Source: Polyangia bacterium
GTDB lineage: Bacteria > Myxococcota_A > Polyangia > Fen-1088
Length of the DNA: 63,367 nt
NCBI GenBank assembly: GCA_035648655.1
Contig: DASRLC010000143.1
Location: forward strand, 1 to 63,367
Reading direction: 5' to 3'
Below, in pieces: positions 47,341-56,296 of this stretch; positions within the stretch are counted from its first letter, which is position 1; each line of letters starts with the position of its first letter. Under the pieces are notes generated by a model. That model saw only the letters and a list, made by a program, of their open reading frames with translations. It searched no databases and was not told where the DNA came from. The position numbers and the translations under genes were made by a program.

Positions 47341-48963
47341 ATGACGAACATCCGACGAATCTCGATTGCGCTCGCGAGCGCGCTGGTCCTCACCGGTGGC
47401 GCGCGGGCTTGGGCCCGACCAACGCAGCCTGCCGTTTCGGTCGCGGCGGGGAGCACGCGCGATCCGTCTCGCGCCTTCATCAAGCTCGACGTTCGGACCG
47501 AGCCGGGCGCGCGCGGCCTCTACGTCGGCCAGGCTCTGCCCGTGACCATCCGCGCCTATTTCCTGGGCGGCACTGGGGTGTCCATGAACGGGCTCCCGCG
47601 GGTCACGTCCGACGCGTTCGTGCTCTCGGATTTGCCGGAGAAGCCGCGCCAGACGGCGATCCAGGCCCGCGGGCTGCCGTACACCTCGGTCACCTGGAGC
47701 GGCGTCCTGACCGCCGTCAAGGCCGGCGACGCCAAGATCGGGATCGAGCTTCCGGTCTCGCTGACCTACCGCGAAGCGGCCCGGCCACGGCACGTCGCCC
47801 GCCCCGATCAGGCGGACGGCAACGACGGCAGTGACCAGGGCTCCGCGGATCCATTCGCGTCGCTCTTGCAGCAGAGCCCCTTCGCCGGCGATCCGTTCTT
47901 CGCTCAGATGTTCAACGGCCGCGATCCCTTTCAAGGGATGTTGGACGGTCTCGCCGGCAGCGTCAAACAGCGGGAGGTCACACTGCGAGATCAAAGCGGG
48001 ACGTTGCGTGTCCTGGACTTACCTCCCGGAGCACCGGCGGGGTTCACGGGCGCGGTCGGAACCTTCGAGATCGCCGCCACATTGGCCAACAACACCGTCC
48101 GCGTTGGTGAGCCCACCTCGCTCGAGCTCCGCGCCCGGGGACGCGGAAGCTTTTCTCGATTGTCGGTGAGCGGGCTTTCGCCGACCGACGACCTCAACAC
48201 CTATGGCGTCACGTCGACCTTCAAGTCTGGGGCCGCACCGACCGCCGGCGAAAAGGTGTTCTCCCAAACCATCGCGCCACGCCGGGCGGGAGCGCTGACC
48301 ATTCCCGCAATCGCTTTGACGTATTTCGACCCCCACGAAAGGAAGTATGTGACCCGCCGTACGGCGCCCATGCCCATCGTCGTTGCGGCCGGCGGCACCG
48401 ACCTCGATGCGGCGCAATCGGCGCCTGGGCCATCGCCTTCAGAGATCGCCAACAACAACCCGACGGTCGCGCCGAAGACGACGATTGCCCCGGTGCCAGA
48501 AGCCGTGCACACCACGCTCACGCCGAACTTTCGCGCCCTATGGTTCCGGTGGCTGGCGGCGGCGATCGGACTTGCCGCCGTCGCGTTCGCGTTCCTGGGC
48601 CGAACGTATCGCAACGGCGCGCTGGGGCGTTTCGTCGCGGTCCGTCGGGTCGGCCGCGAGGTCGCGCGGCAGCGCCGGACCATCGCAGCCGCAGCCGCCA
48701 GCGGCGACGCGGCCGGATTATTCGGCGCCGCGCGCAAGGCGTTTCAGGCTCGCTTAGGCGCCGCGTGGGGAATTCCTTCCGAAGCCATCGCGGCCGCCGA
48801 CGTGGCGACGCGACTGGGAGCGCCCGGCGAACGGATTCATGAGGTCTTCGAGCGAGCCGATCGATTGAGCTACTCCGGAGGCAACTCGGCTGCCAGCGAG
48901 GATCTGAATTATTGGCAGGGGCTGGTATCCGACGAGCTACGAACACTGGAGACGACGACATGA
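47341..48963 (+). CDS. batD: BatD-like oxygen-tolerance protein
   Basis: Signal peptide 'MTNIRRISIALASALVLTGGARA', a large beta-rich ectodomain and a C-terminal TM 'WLAAAIGLAAVAFAFL'. Operon position supports the call. Confidence 0.7.
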   Translation: MTNIRRISIALASALVLTGGARAWARPTQPAVSVAAGSTRDPSRAFIKLDVRTEPGARGLYVGQALPVTIRAYFLGGTGVSMNGLPRVTSDAFVLSDLPEKPRQTAIQARGLPYTSVTWSGVLTAVKAGDAKIGIELPVSLTYREAARPRHVARPDQADGNDGSDQGSADPFASLLQQSPFAGDPFFAQMFNGRDPFQGMLDGLAGSVKQREVTLRDQSGTLRVLDLPPGAPAGFTGAVGTFEIAATLANNTVRVGEPTSLELRARGRGSFSRLSVSGLSPTDDLNTYGVTSTFKSGAAPTAGEKVFSQTIAPRRAGALTIPAIALTYFDPHERKYVTRRTAPMPIVVAAGGTDLDAAQSAPGPSPSEIANNNPTVAPKTTIAPVPEAVHTTLTPNFRALWFRWLAAAIGLAAVAFAFLGRTYRNGALGRFVAVRRVGREVARQRRTIAAAAASGDAAGLFGAARKAFQARLGAAWGIPSEAIAAADVATRLGAPGERIHEVFERADRLSYSGGNSAASEDLNYWQGLVSDELRTLETTT

Positions 48964-49778
48964 CCACCAATCCGCAGACATTGCCGCTGAGAACAGAGCC
49001 CCTGACCGGGCAACCTCGGTGCTCGCGCGATCATCTTGGATTCTCGAGAGCCTCCCGCCCGGCGACAATCGCGCTCGTCGCTCTGCTTCTGACAGCGGGC
49101 GGGGAGGTCGCCCGCGCCGGCGAAGCCGCACCACCCGCCGGCGCGCCGACCGCCCTCCGAGGAACCGATGCGTCGAAAGGTGTGGCTCAGGGCTTTTCAG
49201 CCAGATCCTTGGTCGCACAGGCCGAGGCCGATCTCGCCGCCGGTCATCCCGGGCTCGCCGTCCTGGGCTACGAGCGGGCACACCTATTGGCGCCGCGCGC
49301 CCCGACCGTCGCGGCGGGACTGGCGCGGGCCCGGTCGGCCGCAGGGCTTCCGCCGGCCGAAGCGTCCCCGGCGGTCCGGTTCATGGGGCGGCTCGACGCC
49401 AACGAGTGGGGCTGGATAGCAATGGCCGGGCTCATCCTGGCCGGCGCAGGACTGGTCGCTCTGTCTTGGGGTCTCCTTCGGCGCCGGGGGTTCCTGCTGC
49501 TGGCCCTCGGGGGCGTCGGGCTCGCCGCCGTCGGCTTTGTGAGCGCGGTCGAGGTGACGCCGCCACCCAACCGAGCGGTCGTGGTCGCGCCCGATACCGT
49601 CGCGCGGATCGCCCCTTTCGCGAAGGCGGACCAGGCTTTTGCCGTCCCCGAAGGCACGGCCGTCACCATCGAACGGACTTATGGCAAGTACGCGCTCATC
49701 GCCAGCTCGGAGGGCCGCGGCTGGATTCCGGAAGGTGGGGTGGAGGTCATTCTGCCCGCGACGGGGAAGGGCTCTTGA
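48960..49778 (+). CDS. BatE-like protein (TPR-like N-terminus, 2 TM, C-terminal SH3-like domain)
   Basis: ATG at 48960 overlaps the batD stop (ATGA). C-terminal 'ARIAPFAKADQAFAVPEGTAVTIERTYGKYALIASSEGRGWIPEGGV'. Confidence 0.6.
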   Translation: MTTNPQTLPLRTEPLTGQPRCSRDHLGFSRASRPATIALVALLLTAGGEVARAGEAAPPAGAPTALRGTDASKGVAQGFSARSLVAQAEADLAAGHPGLAVLGYERAHLLAPRAPTVAAGLARARSAAGLPPAEASPAVRFMGRLDANEWGWIAMAGLILAGAGLVALSWGLLRRRGFLLLALGGVGLAAVGFVSAVEVTPPPNRAVVVAPDTVARIAPFAKADQAFAVPEGTAVTIERTYGKYALIASSEGRGWIPEGGVEVILPATGKGS

Positions 49779-49808
49779 ATCGCGGCCGCACACTTGCTGT
49801 GATGTCGC

Positions 49809-50486
49809 ATGCGGTTGCTCCTGGTCGAGGATGATCAAAAGATCGGTGCCTTCGTCGAAAAGGGGCTCCGACAAGAGGGGCACGCGGTCGACTGGATCCG
49901 CGATGGCAGAGAGGGCGTCGCCGTTTTCGACACCACCGGTTATGACGTCGCGATCGTGGACCTCATGCTTCCGGGTGTCGGCGGCCTGGATCTGATTCGC
50001 GCCGTCCGCCGGAAGCGGATTCCGACACCCATCATCATCTTGTCGGCACGCGACGCGGTTGCGGATCGCGTCGAGGGACTCGAAGCCGGCGCCGATGACT
50101 ACTTGACCAAGCCATTCTCGTTCGCCGAGCTGGTGGCCCGACTGAATGCGCTGGCCCGCCGAGCCACGGTTGCCGGCACCGCCGAGACTCGGTTGTCCTA
50201 CGCTGGCGTGACCCTGGATCTGCTGACCCGCCAGGTCACCCGCGACGGCGCTTCGCTGTCGCTGCAAGCCAAGGAGCTGGCGCTGCTGGAGTACTTCCTC
50301 CGCAATCCGGACCGCGTGCTCAGCAAAACCATGATCCTGCAACGCCTGTGGGACTATTCATTCGATCCGCAGACGAATGTCGTCGACGTCTTGGTCTGCC
50401 GGCTGCGCAACAAGATCGATCGCGATTTTCCCGTGAAGCTCATTCAGACTCTGCGGGGAGTCGGGTATGTCCTCCGAAAGAAATGA
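49809..50486 (+). CDS. OmpR-family response regulator (CusR/CopR-like)
   Basis: 'MRLLLVEDDQKIG', 'VDLMLPGVGG', 'GADDYLTKPFSFAEL', and a winged-helix C-terminus 'IQTLRGVGYVL'. Confidence 0.9.
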   Translation: MRLLLVEDDQKIGAFVEKGLRQEGHAVDWIRDGREGVAVFDTTGYDVAIVDLMLPGVGGLDLIRAVRRKRIPTPIIILSARDAVADRVEGLEAGADDYLTKPFSFAELVARLNALARRATVAGTAETRLSYAGVTLDLLTRQVTRDGASLSLQAKELALLEYFLRNPDRVLSKTMILQRLWDYSFDPQTNVVDVLVCRLRNKIDRDFPVKLIQTLRGVGYVLRKK

Positions 50487-51840
50487 GTTGTCCGAACCGT
50501 CGCCGCCACCTCCGTCTAGGCGGTCGCGGTTCCGGTCGATCACGTTCCGCCTCAGCGCTTGGTACGCCGGCACCCTTCTGATTGGCCTGACCATCCTGGG
50601 GGCTTTGGCGCTTTACACCGTGCGACGCGCCGTCTTTCGCTCGGACGAGGTCGTCGTGCATGAGCGGCTCGAGCGCCACAGCCAGGTCCTCGGGCGAGTC
50701 GGGCTGCCGAAGTTCGAGGAGGCCGTCGAAAACGCCGCCGCCCTCGAGGGCGAGCACGACCACGTGCGCGTCAAGGACGCCGCTGGCCACACGCTATATC
50801 AGCACGGTCTGGTCGAGGATGCCGCCCTTCTGGTGTCGACGTCGGTCACCAGCGATCTGAACCTGGAAATCGCGTCCTCCGCGAATCCATGGAAGCGGCT
50901 CGGTCCGCCGGTGACGTCGGCGGTCCTGTCGGTGTTGATCGGCTGCCTTCTCATCGGGATCGCCGGCGGAGTCATTTTGACCCGACGCGCCCTCCGGCCA
51001 GTCGGGGCGCTGGCCGCCACGGCGCGCGCCGTGATCCAGTCGGGCGATCTATCGCGTCGCGTGGAGGTCCGCGGTGGCGGCGAGCTGGACGAGCTCGGGT
51101 CGCTGGTCAATCGCATGCTGGAGAGCAACCAGGCGTTGGTCCGCAACATGCGCGAGGCGCTCGACAACGTCGCGCACGATCTACGCACGCCGCTGACGAG
51201 ATTGCGGGGGATCGCCGAGGTCGCCCTGCGCACCGACGATCCCACCCAGGCTCCCGAGGCCCTGGCGGACTGCATCGAGGAATCGGACCGCGCGCTGGTC
51301 ATGCTGCGCACCCTGATGGACATCTCCGAGGCCGAAGCCGGGATCATGAAGTTGAACGTCGGCGCCGTCGAGCTGCGTGCGCTGGCGCGAGAGACGCTGG
51401 ATCTCTATGAGCAAGTGGCCGACGAAGCCGGCGTGGCGCTCTTCCTGTCGCCGGGCGGTCCCGTGACGGCGCCGGCCGATGCGACCCGGATACGCCAGGC
51501 CCTGGCCAATCTGGTCGACAACGCCGTCAAGTACACCGCGCGCGGCGGCCGCGTCGACATCGACGTCGCCACAAACGCCGGCGAAGCCCAAATCCGCGTT
51601 CGCGACACCGGCAGAGGCATTCCCGCCGAGGCCATCTCCCGAATCTGGGATCGGTTGTTTCGCGTGGATCCCAGCCGCGCCGAGAGGGGCCTCGGTCTCG
51701 GTCTCAGTCTGGTCAAGGCGATCGCCGTCGCGCACCACGGCCGCGTCGCGGTCGAAAGCACGCCCGACCGCGGATCGTCGTTTCTTGTGAGCCTACCGCT
51801 CGAAGGTCACAGCACACGACAAACCCTCCCCGCCCCGTGA
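50467..51840 (+). CDS. sensor histidine kinase (heavy-metal sensor kinase-like)
   Basis: 'SITFRLSAWY' N-terminus, 2 TM, HAMP, H-box 'NVAHDLRTPLT', and N/G boxes 'NLVDNAVKYT' and 'DTGRGIP...GLGLGLSLV'. 20-nt overlap with the regulator gene. Confidence 0.88.
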   Translation: MSSERNELSEPSPPPPSRRSRFRSITFRLSAWYAGTLLIGLTILGALALYTVRRAVFRSDEVVVHERLERHSQVLGRVGLPKFEEAVENAAALEGEHDHVRVKDAAGHTLYQHGLVEDAALLVSTSVTSDLNLEIASSANPWKRLGPPVTSAVLSVLIGCLLIGIAGGVILTRRALRPVGALAATARAVIQSGDLSRRVEVRGGGELDELGSLVNRMLESNQALVRNMREALDNVAHDLRTPLTRLRGIAEVALRTDDPTQAPEALADCIEESDRALVMLRTLMDISEAEAGIMKLNVGAVELRALARETLDLYEQVADEAGVALFLSPGGPVTAPADATRIRQALANLVDNAVKYTARGGRVDIDVATNAGEAQIRVRDTGRGIPAEAISRIWDRLFRVDPSRAERGLGLGLSLVKAIAVAHHGRVAVESTPDRGSSFLVSLPLEGHSTRQTLPAP

Positions 51841-51906
51841 CCGCTGATTCACGAAACTGGGCGCGGAACCGTCCCAGGCAGCCCCGCGATGCGCTCGGCA
51901 GAGCCG

Positions 51907-53151
51907 TCAGCGTCGCGGAGCCATCCGGGACCGGGTTGGAAGATCGCGCGTCGAGGCCGGGGCGCGAGCGACCGAGGGCGGACTGCTCGGCACCCGGGCG
52001 TGGATCTCCATCTGCATGCTCGAGGGCGTCTCGCTCACGATCTCTATTCCAGCTGGGGCCGTCGTCACGATCCGATAGGTGTGGAGACCGGCGCTCGTCC
52101 CGGACAGGTCGACGAACGAGACCACGGAATCTGGCGGCAGCACCTCGAGCTCGCGCCGCGAGCTGCGCAGCTCGACGGCGACGCTGGTGTACCGAGGTGG
52201 GTCGAAGACCAGCCCGTCATTCACCCCTCGAATTTCGAGCGGCACGACGCGCGTCATTGCATGCGAGCGGTCGAGCGCCAGGGCGGCCCAAGCCGCGAGC
52301 ACACCGCCAAAAATCACCAGATGCGGCCACTGGCTGACAAGACGCACCCGCCTCTCGGCGGCACGTCGGGGCGCGGCGGACGGTCCTTCGGGGCGGGCCT
52401 TTGCCAGTATCTCTCGCAGGTGGCCCGGGTCCCGCATCAGCTTCATCGCGCTCCCCACCGCCAGATGAACCGTTCCGTGTTCCTCGCTCACGCAGATGAT
52501 CAGCGCATCGGTGGCCTGCGCCAACCCAACCGCGGCGCGATGCCGGGTGCCGAAGCTTGCGTCCTCGGTTTCGGTCGCCAGGGGCAACACCACCCCGGCT
52601 CGGGTCAGCCGATCGGCGGCGACGACGACGGCGCCGTCGTGTAAGGGGGACGCCGCCGTGAAGATGGCCTCGAGCATTTCGACCGAAAGCCGCGCATCGA
52701 CGAGAATGCCCTTGGTCGCGAGATCGAAAATGGAATCGTGGCACGGCAACACGATGAGGGCACCCTTTCGTCTGGCGGCCAACGCGAAGGCCGCCGCGAC
52801 GACAATTGTATCGGTGTCGTCGAGCGTCTCGCCGGCAGTCCGTCTCGTCAGCCAGCGCAGCGGGCTGACGCGGCTGAGCCCACGTCGAATCTCGTGTTGG
52901 AAGATCACCACGACGACGATGGTCGCGACCGCACTCACGGCGGACAGGAGGTACGACGTCAGAATGAGACCGAGGTGGCTGGCGATCCACGACACAGCCA
53001 ACAGGGTCAGAAGACCGCAGGCCACCTGAACCGCGATCGTGTGCTTGAGCCATCTGTAGGCCCACGAGAAAAGAGCCGTCAGAACCAATACGTCGACGGC
53101 GTCTTGCCAGCGAAGGCCGTGGGTCAAAACGGAGAGGGCGACTCGGTGCAT
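51907..53151 (-). CDS. cdaA: diadenylate cyclase CdaA fused to a YbbR (CdaR-type) domain
   Basis: Three N-terminal TM segments, DAC motifs 'PLHDGAVVV' and 'GTRHRAAVGL', a fourth TM 'HLVIFGGVLAAWAALAL', then 'VPLEIRGVNDGLVFDPP..VAVELRSSRRELEVLPPDSVVSFVDLSG..AGLHTYRI', typical of a YbbR repeat. Confidence 0.85.
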   Translation of the reverse strand: MHRVALSVLTHGLRWQDAVDVLVLTALFSWAYRWLKHTIAVQVACGLLTLLAVSWIASHLGLILTSYLLSAVSAVATIVVVVIFQHEIRRGLSRVSPLRWLTRRTAGETLDDTDTIVVAAAFALAARRKGALIVLPCHDSIFDLATKGILVDARLSVEMLEAIFTAASPLHDGAVVVAADRLTRAGVVLPLATETEDASFGTRHRAAVGLAQATDALIICVSEEHGTVHLAVGSAMKLMRDPGHLREILAKARPEGPSAAPRRAAERRVRLVSQWPHLVIFGGVLAAWAALALDRSHAMTRVVPLEIRGVNDGLVFDPPRYTSVAVELRSSRRELEVLPPDSVVSFVDLSGTSAGLHTYRIVTTAPAGIEIVSETPSSMQMEIHARVPSSPPSVARAPASTRDLPTRSRMAPRR

Positions 53152-53240
53152 GAGCGTTCTACAGCTAGCGTTAGCATGCCCGACTTCCCGCTCACACTCA
53201 GCGGACAGCTTCTCAGCCCGTGAGCTCTGCCGGCAGTCGC

Positions 53241-53387
53241 CGTGACGTCGAGCACACCGAAATCTTTGAAGAAAAAATCATTCCCTAGGGAATCCCTTAC
53301 AACCGGCGCGGGGAGACCCAGAGTGGTCCCAACGCTCGGAGGTGCGCATCTGTAGGGAACGTTTGCCGAGGCGACAGCGGAGACGGT
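53241..53387 (+). promoter_or_regulatory. conserved non-coding upstream element, copy 2 (upstream of the PRC/BON/HdeA array)
   Basis: Matches the reverse complement of 37187-37335 (see copy 1). Contains the CRP/FNR-like dyad cGTGA-N6-GCACa (53241-53256), the A/T-rich tttgaagaaaaaat, and a perfect 14-bp palindrome attccctagggaat (53280-53293). Confidence 0.55.
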
Positions 53388-53506
53388 CCCGCGATTTAAC
53401 CACTTTGCTGGACCCGTCGCGGCCACGAACGATCTCGTCGCTCGGCGCGACGCCTCGAGCGACGCAGCTATCACCCATTCCGAACCGCCCGAACGGAGGG
53501 ACTCCC

Positions 53507-54316
53507 ATGCTACGAAGTCTAAAGGATCTCGAACGATACAAGGTGACCGCCACCGACGGCGACGTGGGACACGTGGTGAATTTTCTCTTGGACGACGAGC
53601 GGTGGGTCGTTCGCTATCTGGTCGTCGAGACCGGGGGCTTCTTCAATCGGCCGCGGGTGCTCATCTCGCCAATCTTTTTCGGTCAGGTCGAATGGGCGAC
53701 CCACTGCTTCAGCTTGGCGTTGACGGTGGACAAGGTCAAGAACAGCCCGAGCCTCGACGTGGACATGCCGGTCTCGCGGCAGCATGAGCGAGACTATTAC
53801 GGCTACTACGGATATCCCTATTACTGGGGATATTTGGCGCCCTGGGGCATGGGTGCCTCCCCCGCCTTGCTCGCAGCCGGCCGGAGAAACGAAGAGCCTT
53901 CTCCGCACGTCGAAGAGACCAGCGGTGATGTTCACCTTCGGAGCGTCAAGGAAGTCCGCGGATACCACGTTCAGGGAGCCGACGAAGCGATCGGTCACAT
54001 TGACGACTTCATCGTCGACGATGAGACCTGGGAAATTCGCTACCTAGTCGTGGACACCAGCAATTGGTGGTTCGGCAAGCGGGTGCTGGTTTCGCCACAC
54101 TGGGCGAGCCGCGTGAGTTGGTCGGAGCGCAAGGTCCACCTCGACCTGTCGCGACAAGCGATCAAGGACAGTCCTGAATGGAATGCAACCGTCGGCGTCA
54201 ATCGGGAGTACGAGACACGTCTGTATGACTACTACGGACGGCCGGCGTACTGGTCGCCCAGCGATCGACCTTCAAGTGCCGAGGGACGAGACGCTTCGGC
54301 ACACCACCATGGGTAG
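53507..54316 (+). CDS. tandem PRC-barrel domain protein
   Basis: ATG at 53507 follows GGAGGG. 'LKDLERYKVTATDGDVGHVVNFLLDDERWVVRYLVVETG' is repeated as 'VRGYHVQGADEAIGHIDDFIVDDETWEIRYLVVDTS'. Confidence 0.8.
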   Translation: MLRSLKDLERYKVTATDGDVGHVVNFLLDDERWVVRYLVVETGGFFNRPRVLISPIFFGQVEWATHCFSLALTVDKVKNSPSLDVDMPVSRQHERDYYGYYGYPYYWGYLAPWGMGASPALLAAGRRNEEPSPHVEETSGDVHLRSVKEVRGYHVQGADEAIGHIDDFIVDDETWEIRYLVVDTSNWWFGKRVLVSPHWASRVSWSERKVHLDLSRQAIKDSPEWNATVGVNREYETRLYDYYGRPAYWSPSDRPSSAEGRDASAHHHG

Positions 54317-54374
54317 CGGACCACTTCGTGGAGCGTCCACGGCAGGCAAACAACGGCGGAAAGCGAGATAGGCG

Positions 54375-54632
54375 ATGATTCATTCGTGGTGGTTATTGTG
54401 GATGGTAATGATGCTCATTTTTGTCATTTCGCCGATTGGGTACGGCTGGGGTTACCGGGGCTGGGGTCCACCGTACCCGAGATATATCCAGAGACGCCGA
54501 GGCCTACGCGCCGTCACAGCCGGCGCTTCCACGGGCTTCGACCACCACGCCTGGGGGCGCGGCGGTGACCTGGTCTGGATGGTCTTCGCCATCGGAATGA
54601 TCTGGGTGGTCGCGGCTATGTGGTGGCGCTAG
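54375..54632 (+). CDS. small 2-TM membrane protein
   Basis: 85 aa with Trp-rich hydrophobic ends 'WWLLWMVMMLIFVISPIGYGW' and 'LVWMVFAIGMIWVVAAMWW'. No family recognised. Confidence 0.45.
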   Translation: MIHSWWLLWMVMMLIFVISPIGYGWGYRGWGPPYPRYIQRRRGLRAVTAGASTGFDHHAWGRGGDLVWMVFAIGMIWVVAAMWWR

Positions 54633-54656
54633 TTGAACCACGTCAAGGGACGACGA

Positions 54657-56231
54657 ATGACATCGTCACGGCTCACGCGACGCCCACGGGTTACGGTCCA
54701 TTGCAGATGGCTCCGCCTCATCCTCGTCTCCTCGGGCGCTCAACTCTGCATCGCGTCGGTGTCACACGCCGCCACCAAGACGCCGACCATAACGGATCGG
54801 GGTCTCACCTCTGCGGTTGAATCGAGTCTACGATACGACAAGGGGGTATCGCCCGTTGGCGTAGACGTCGATACCAGTCAGGGCATCGTCACGCTGTCGG
54901 GGACGGTTCACGACCTCCTCGCCAAGGAACGCGCCCTCAGGATTGCCGAGAGCATTCGAGGGGTGCTGGGGGTAATTGACCGCACGGTCGTCACGCCGGT
55001 GTCCCGCTCCGACGAGGACATCCGCAAGACCATCCTTTGGTCCCTGCTGGAGGATCCAGCGACGAAGGCCTACCAGATTGGCGTTTCGGTGAAGGGCGCC
55101 GTAGCGACGTTGACAGGTACGGTTGGGTCGTATGCAGAGCGGCAGCTCGCCGAACGGCTCGCCAAGGGTGTCAAGGGCGCCAAGGACGTGCGCAATGACA
55201 TCACGATCAGCTACTTCCAGAAACGCACCGACGCGGAAATCGCCTCCGACGTAAAGGCCCGCTTTCAGTGGGATATCTGGCTCAACGGCGATGCGCTCAC
55301 CGCCGCGGTGAAGGACGGCAAGGTGACCGTGAGCGGTACGATCGGCAGCGCGATCGGCAAAGAACGGGCGGCCGATGACGCCTGGGTCAGCGGCGTGATG
55401 TCGGTCGACGACACGGCCCTCAAGGTTGAACCACGTACGGGCCACGACGCACGCCACCAATTGAAGTACGTGGTCAAATCGGACGCCGATATCAAGCTGG
55501 CGATACAGGCTGCGTTTCGCCTCGACCCTCGGGTGGCGGCCTTCGCCCCCGACGTGACGGTCGAAGGCGGCGGAGTCATTCTGGGCGGCTCGATAGGAAA
55601 CCTGAAGGCGAAGGCCGCGGCCGAACAGGACGCCCACAATATCGTGGGCGTCTGGCGGGTCGACAACCTGCTGACCGTCCGTTCGAAAGGCTCGTTCGTC
55701 GATTCGGACCTGGAGAAGCAGCTAAAGACGGCTGTGGCGTGGGATCCCGTCCTGGACCGCTCGACGATCGATATCGCCGTCATCAATCGCGTCGCCTACC
55801 TCTCGGGAGAGGTTGATTCACGTTTCGAAAGTGTCGAAGCCGAGGATGTCGCGTCGCGAATAGACGGCGTGCTCTTGGTCCGCAACCATCTGAAGGTCGA
55901 GCCGGCCGATGTGTTCATCTACGACGACCTACCTTTCTTTTCGTACTTCGACTGGCCCTACTACCACCGGTCGTCCTCCGACATGTACCAAGCTCGGGAG
56001 CCGGAGCCATACCTGAGCGACGCGCGGATCAAAAAGGATATCGAGGACGCGTTTTTCTGGAGTCCGTTCGTGGATCGCGGCGCCATCACGGTGGCGGTCC
56101 ATGGAGGTGTTGCGACTTTGACAGGAACCGTCGGCAATTGGATCGGCTGGAGAGAGGCCGACAAGGACGCACGCAAGAACGCCGGGGACGTCCTCAATCG
56201 ACTGACCATCAAGCCGGGTGCCTGGTGGTGA
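54657..56231 (+). CDS. secreted protein with six BON (OsmY-type) domains
   Basis: Six repeats of the pattern 'D..I...V......D......I.V.V..G.VTLSG.V.......A.......GV..V.N.L.V'. Signal-like N-terminus. Start is 54633 or 54657. Confidence 0.85.
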   Translation: MTSSRLTRRPRVTVHCRWLRLILVSSGAQLCIASVSHAATKTPTITDRGLTSAVESSLRYDKGVSPVGVDVDTSQGIVTLSGTVHDLLAKERALRIAESIRGVLGVIDRTVVTPVSRSDEDIRKTILWSLLEDPATKAYQIGVSVKGAVATLTGTVGSYAERQLAERLAKGVKGAKDVRNDITISYFQKRTDAEIASDVKARFQWDIWLNGDALTAAVKDGKVTVSGTIGSAIGKERAADDAWVSGVMSVDDTALKVEPRTGHDARHQLKYVVKSDADIKLAIQAAFRLDPRVAAFAPDVTVEGGGVILGGSIGNLKAKAAAEQDAHNIVGVWRVDNLLTVRSKGSFVDSDLEKQLKTAVAWDPVLDRSTIDIAVINRVAYLSGEVDSRFESVEAEDVASRIDGVLLVRNHLKVEPADVFIYDDLPFFSYFDWPYYHRSSSDMYQAREPEPYLSDARIKKDIEDAFFWSPFVDRGAITVAVHGGVATLTGTVGNWIGWREADKDARKNAGDVLNRLTIKPGAWW

Positions 56232-56296
56232 TGACGGTCGACGCCGGTTGATGCAAGCCCATCGATTAGCGACCCCGTGACATTCAAGGAGACATC

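Noticed and set aside
53311-53331. Possible compensatory change in a hairpin (ggggagaccc...tggtccc vs gggggagaccc...tggcccc) that would suggest a structured RNA in the conserved element.
   Set aside because: The pairing needs different bulges in the two copies, and two sequences are too few for covariation. It is left as something to test, not claimed.
53318-53345. Possible sigma-54 (-24 GG / -12 GC) promoter inside the conserved element (tGGtcccaacgctcgg / tGGccccaatgctcgg).
   Set aside because: Counting bases, the GG-N10-GC spacing is not met in either copy, and the TGGCAC/TTGC consensus is poorly matched.
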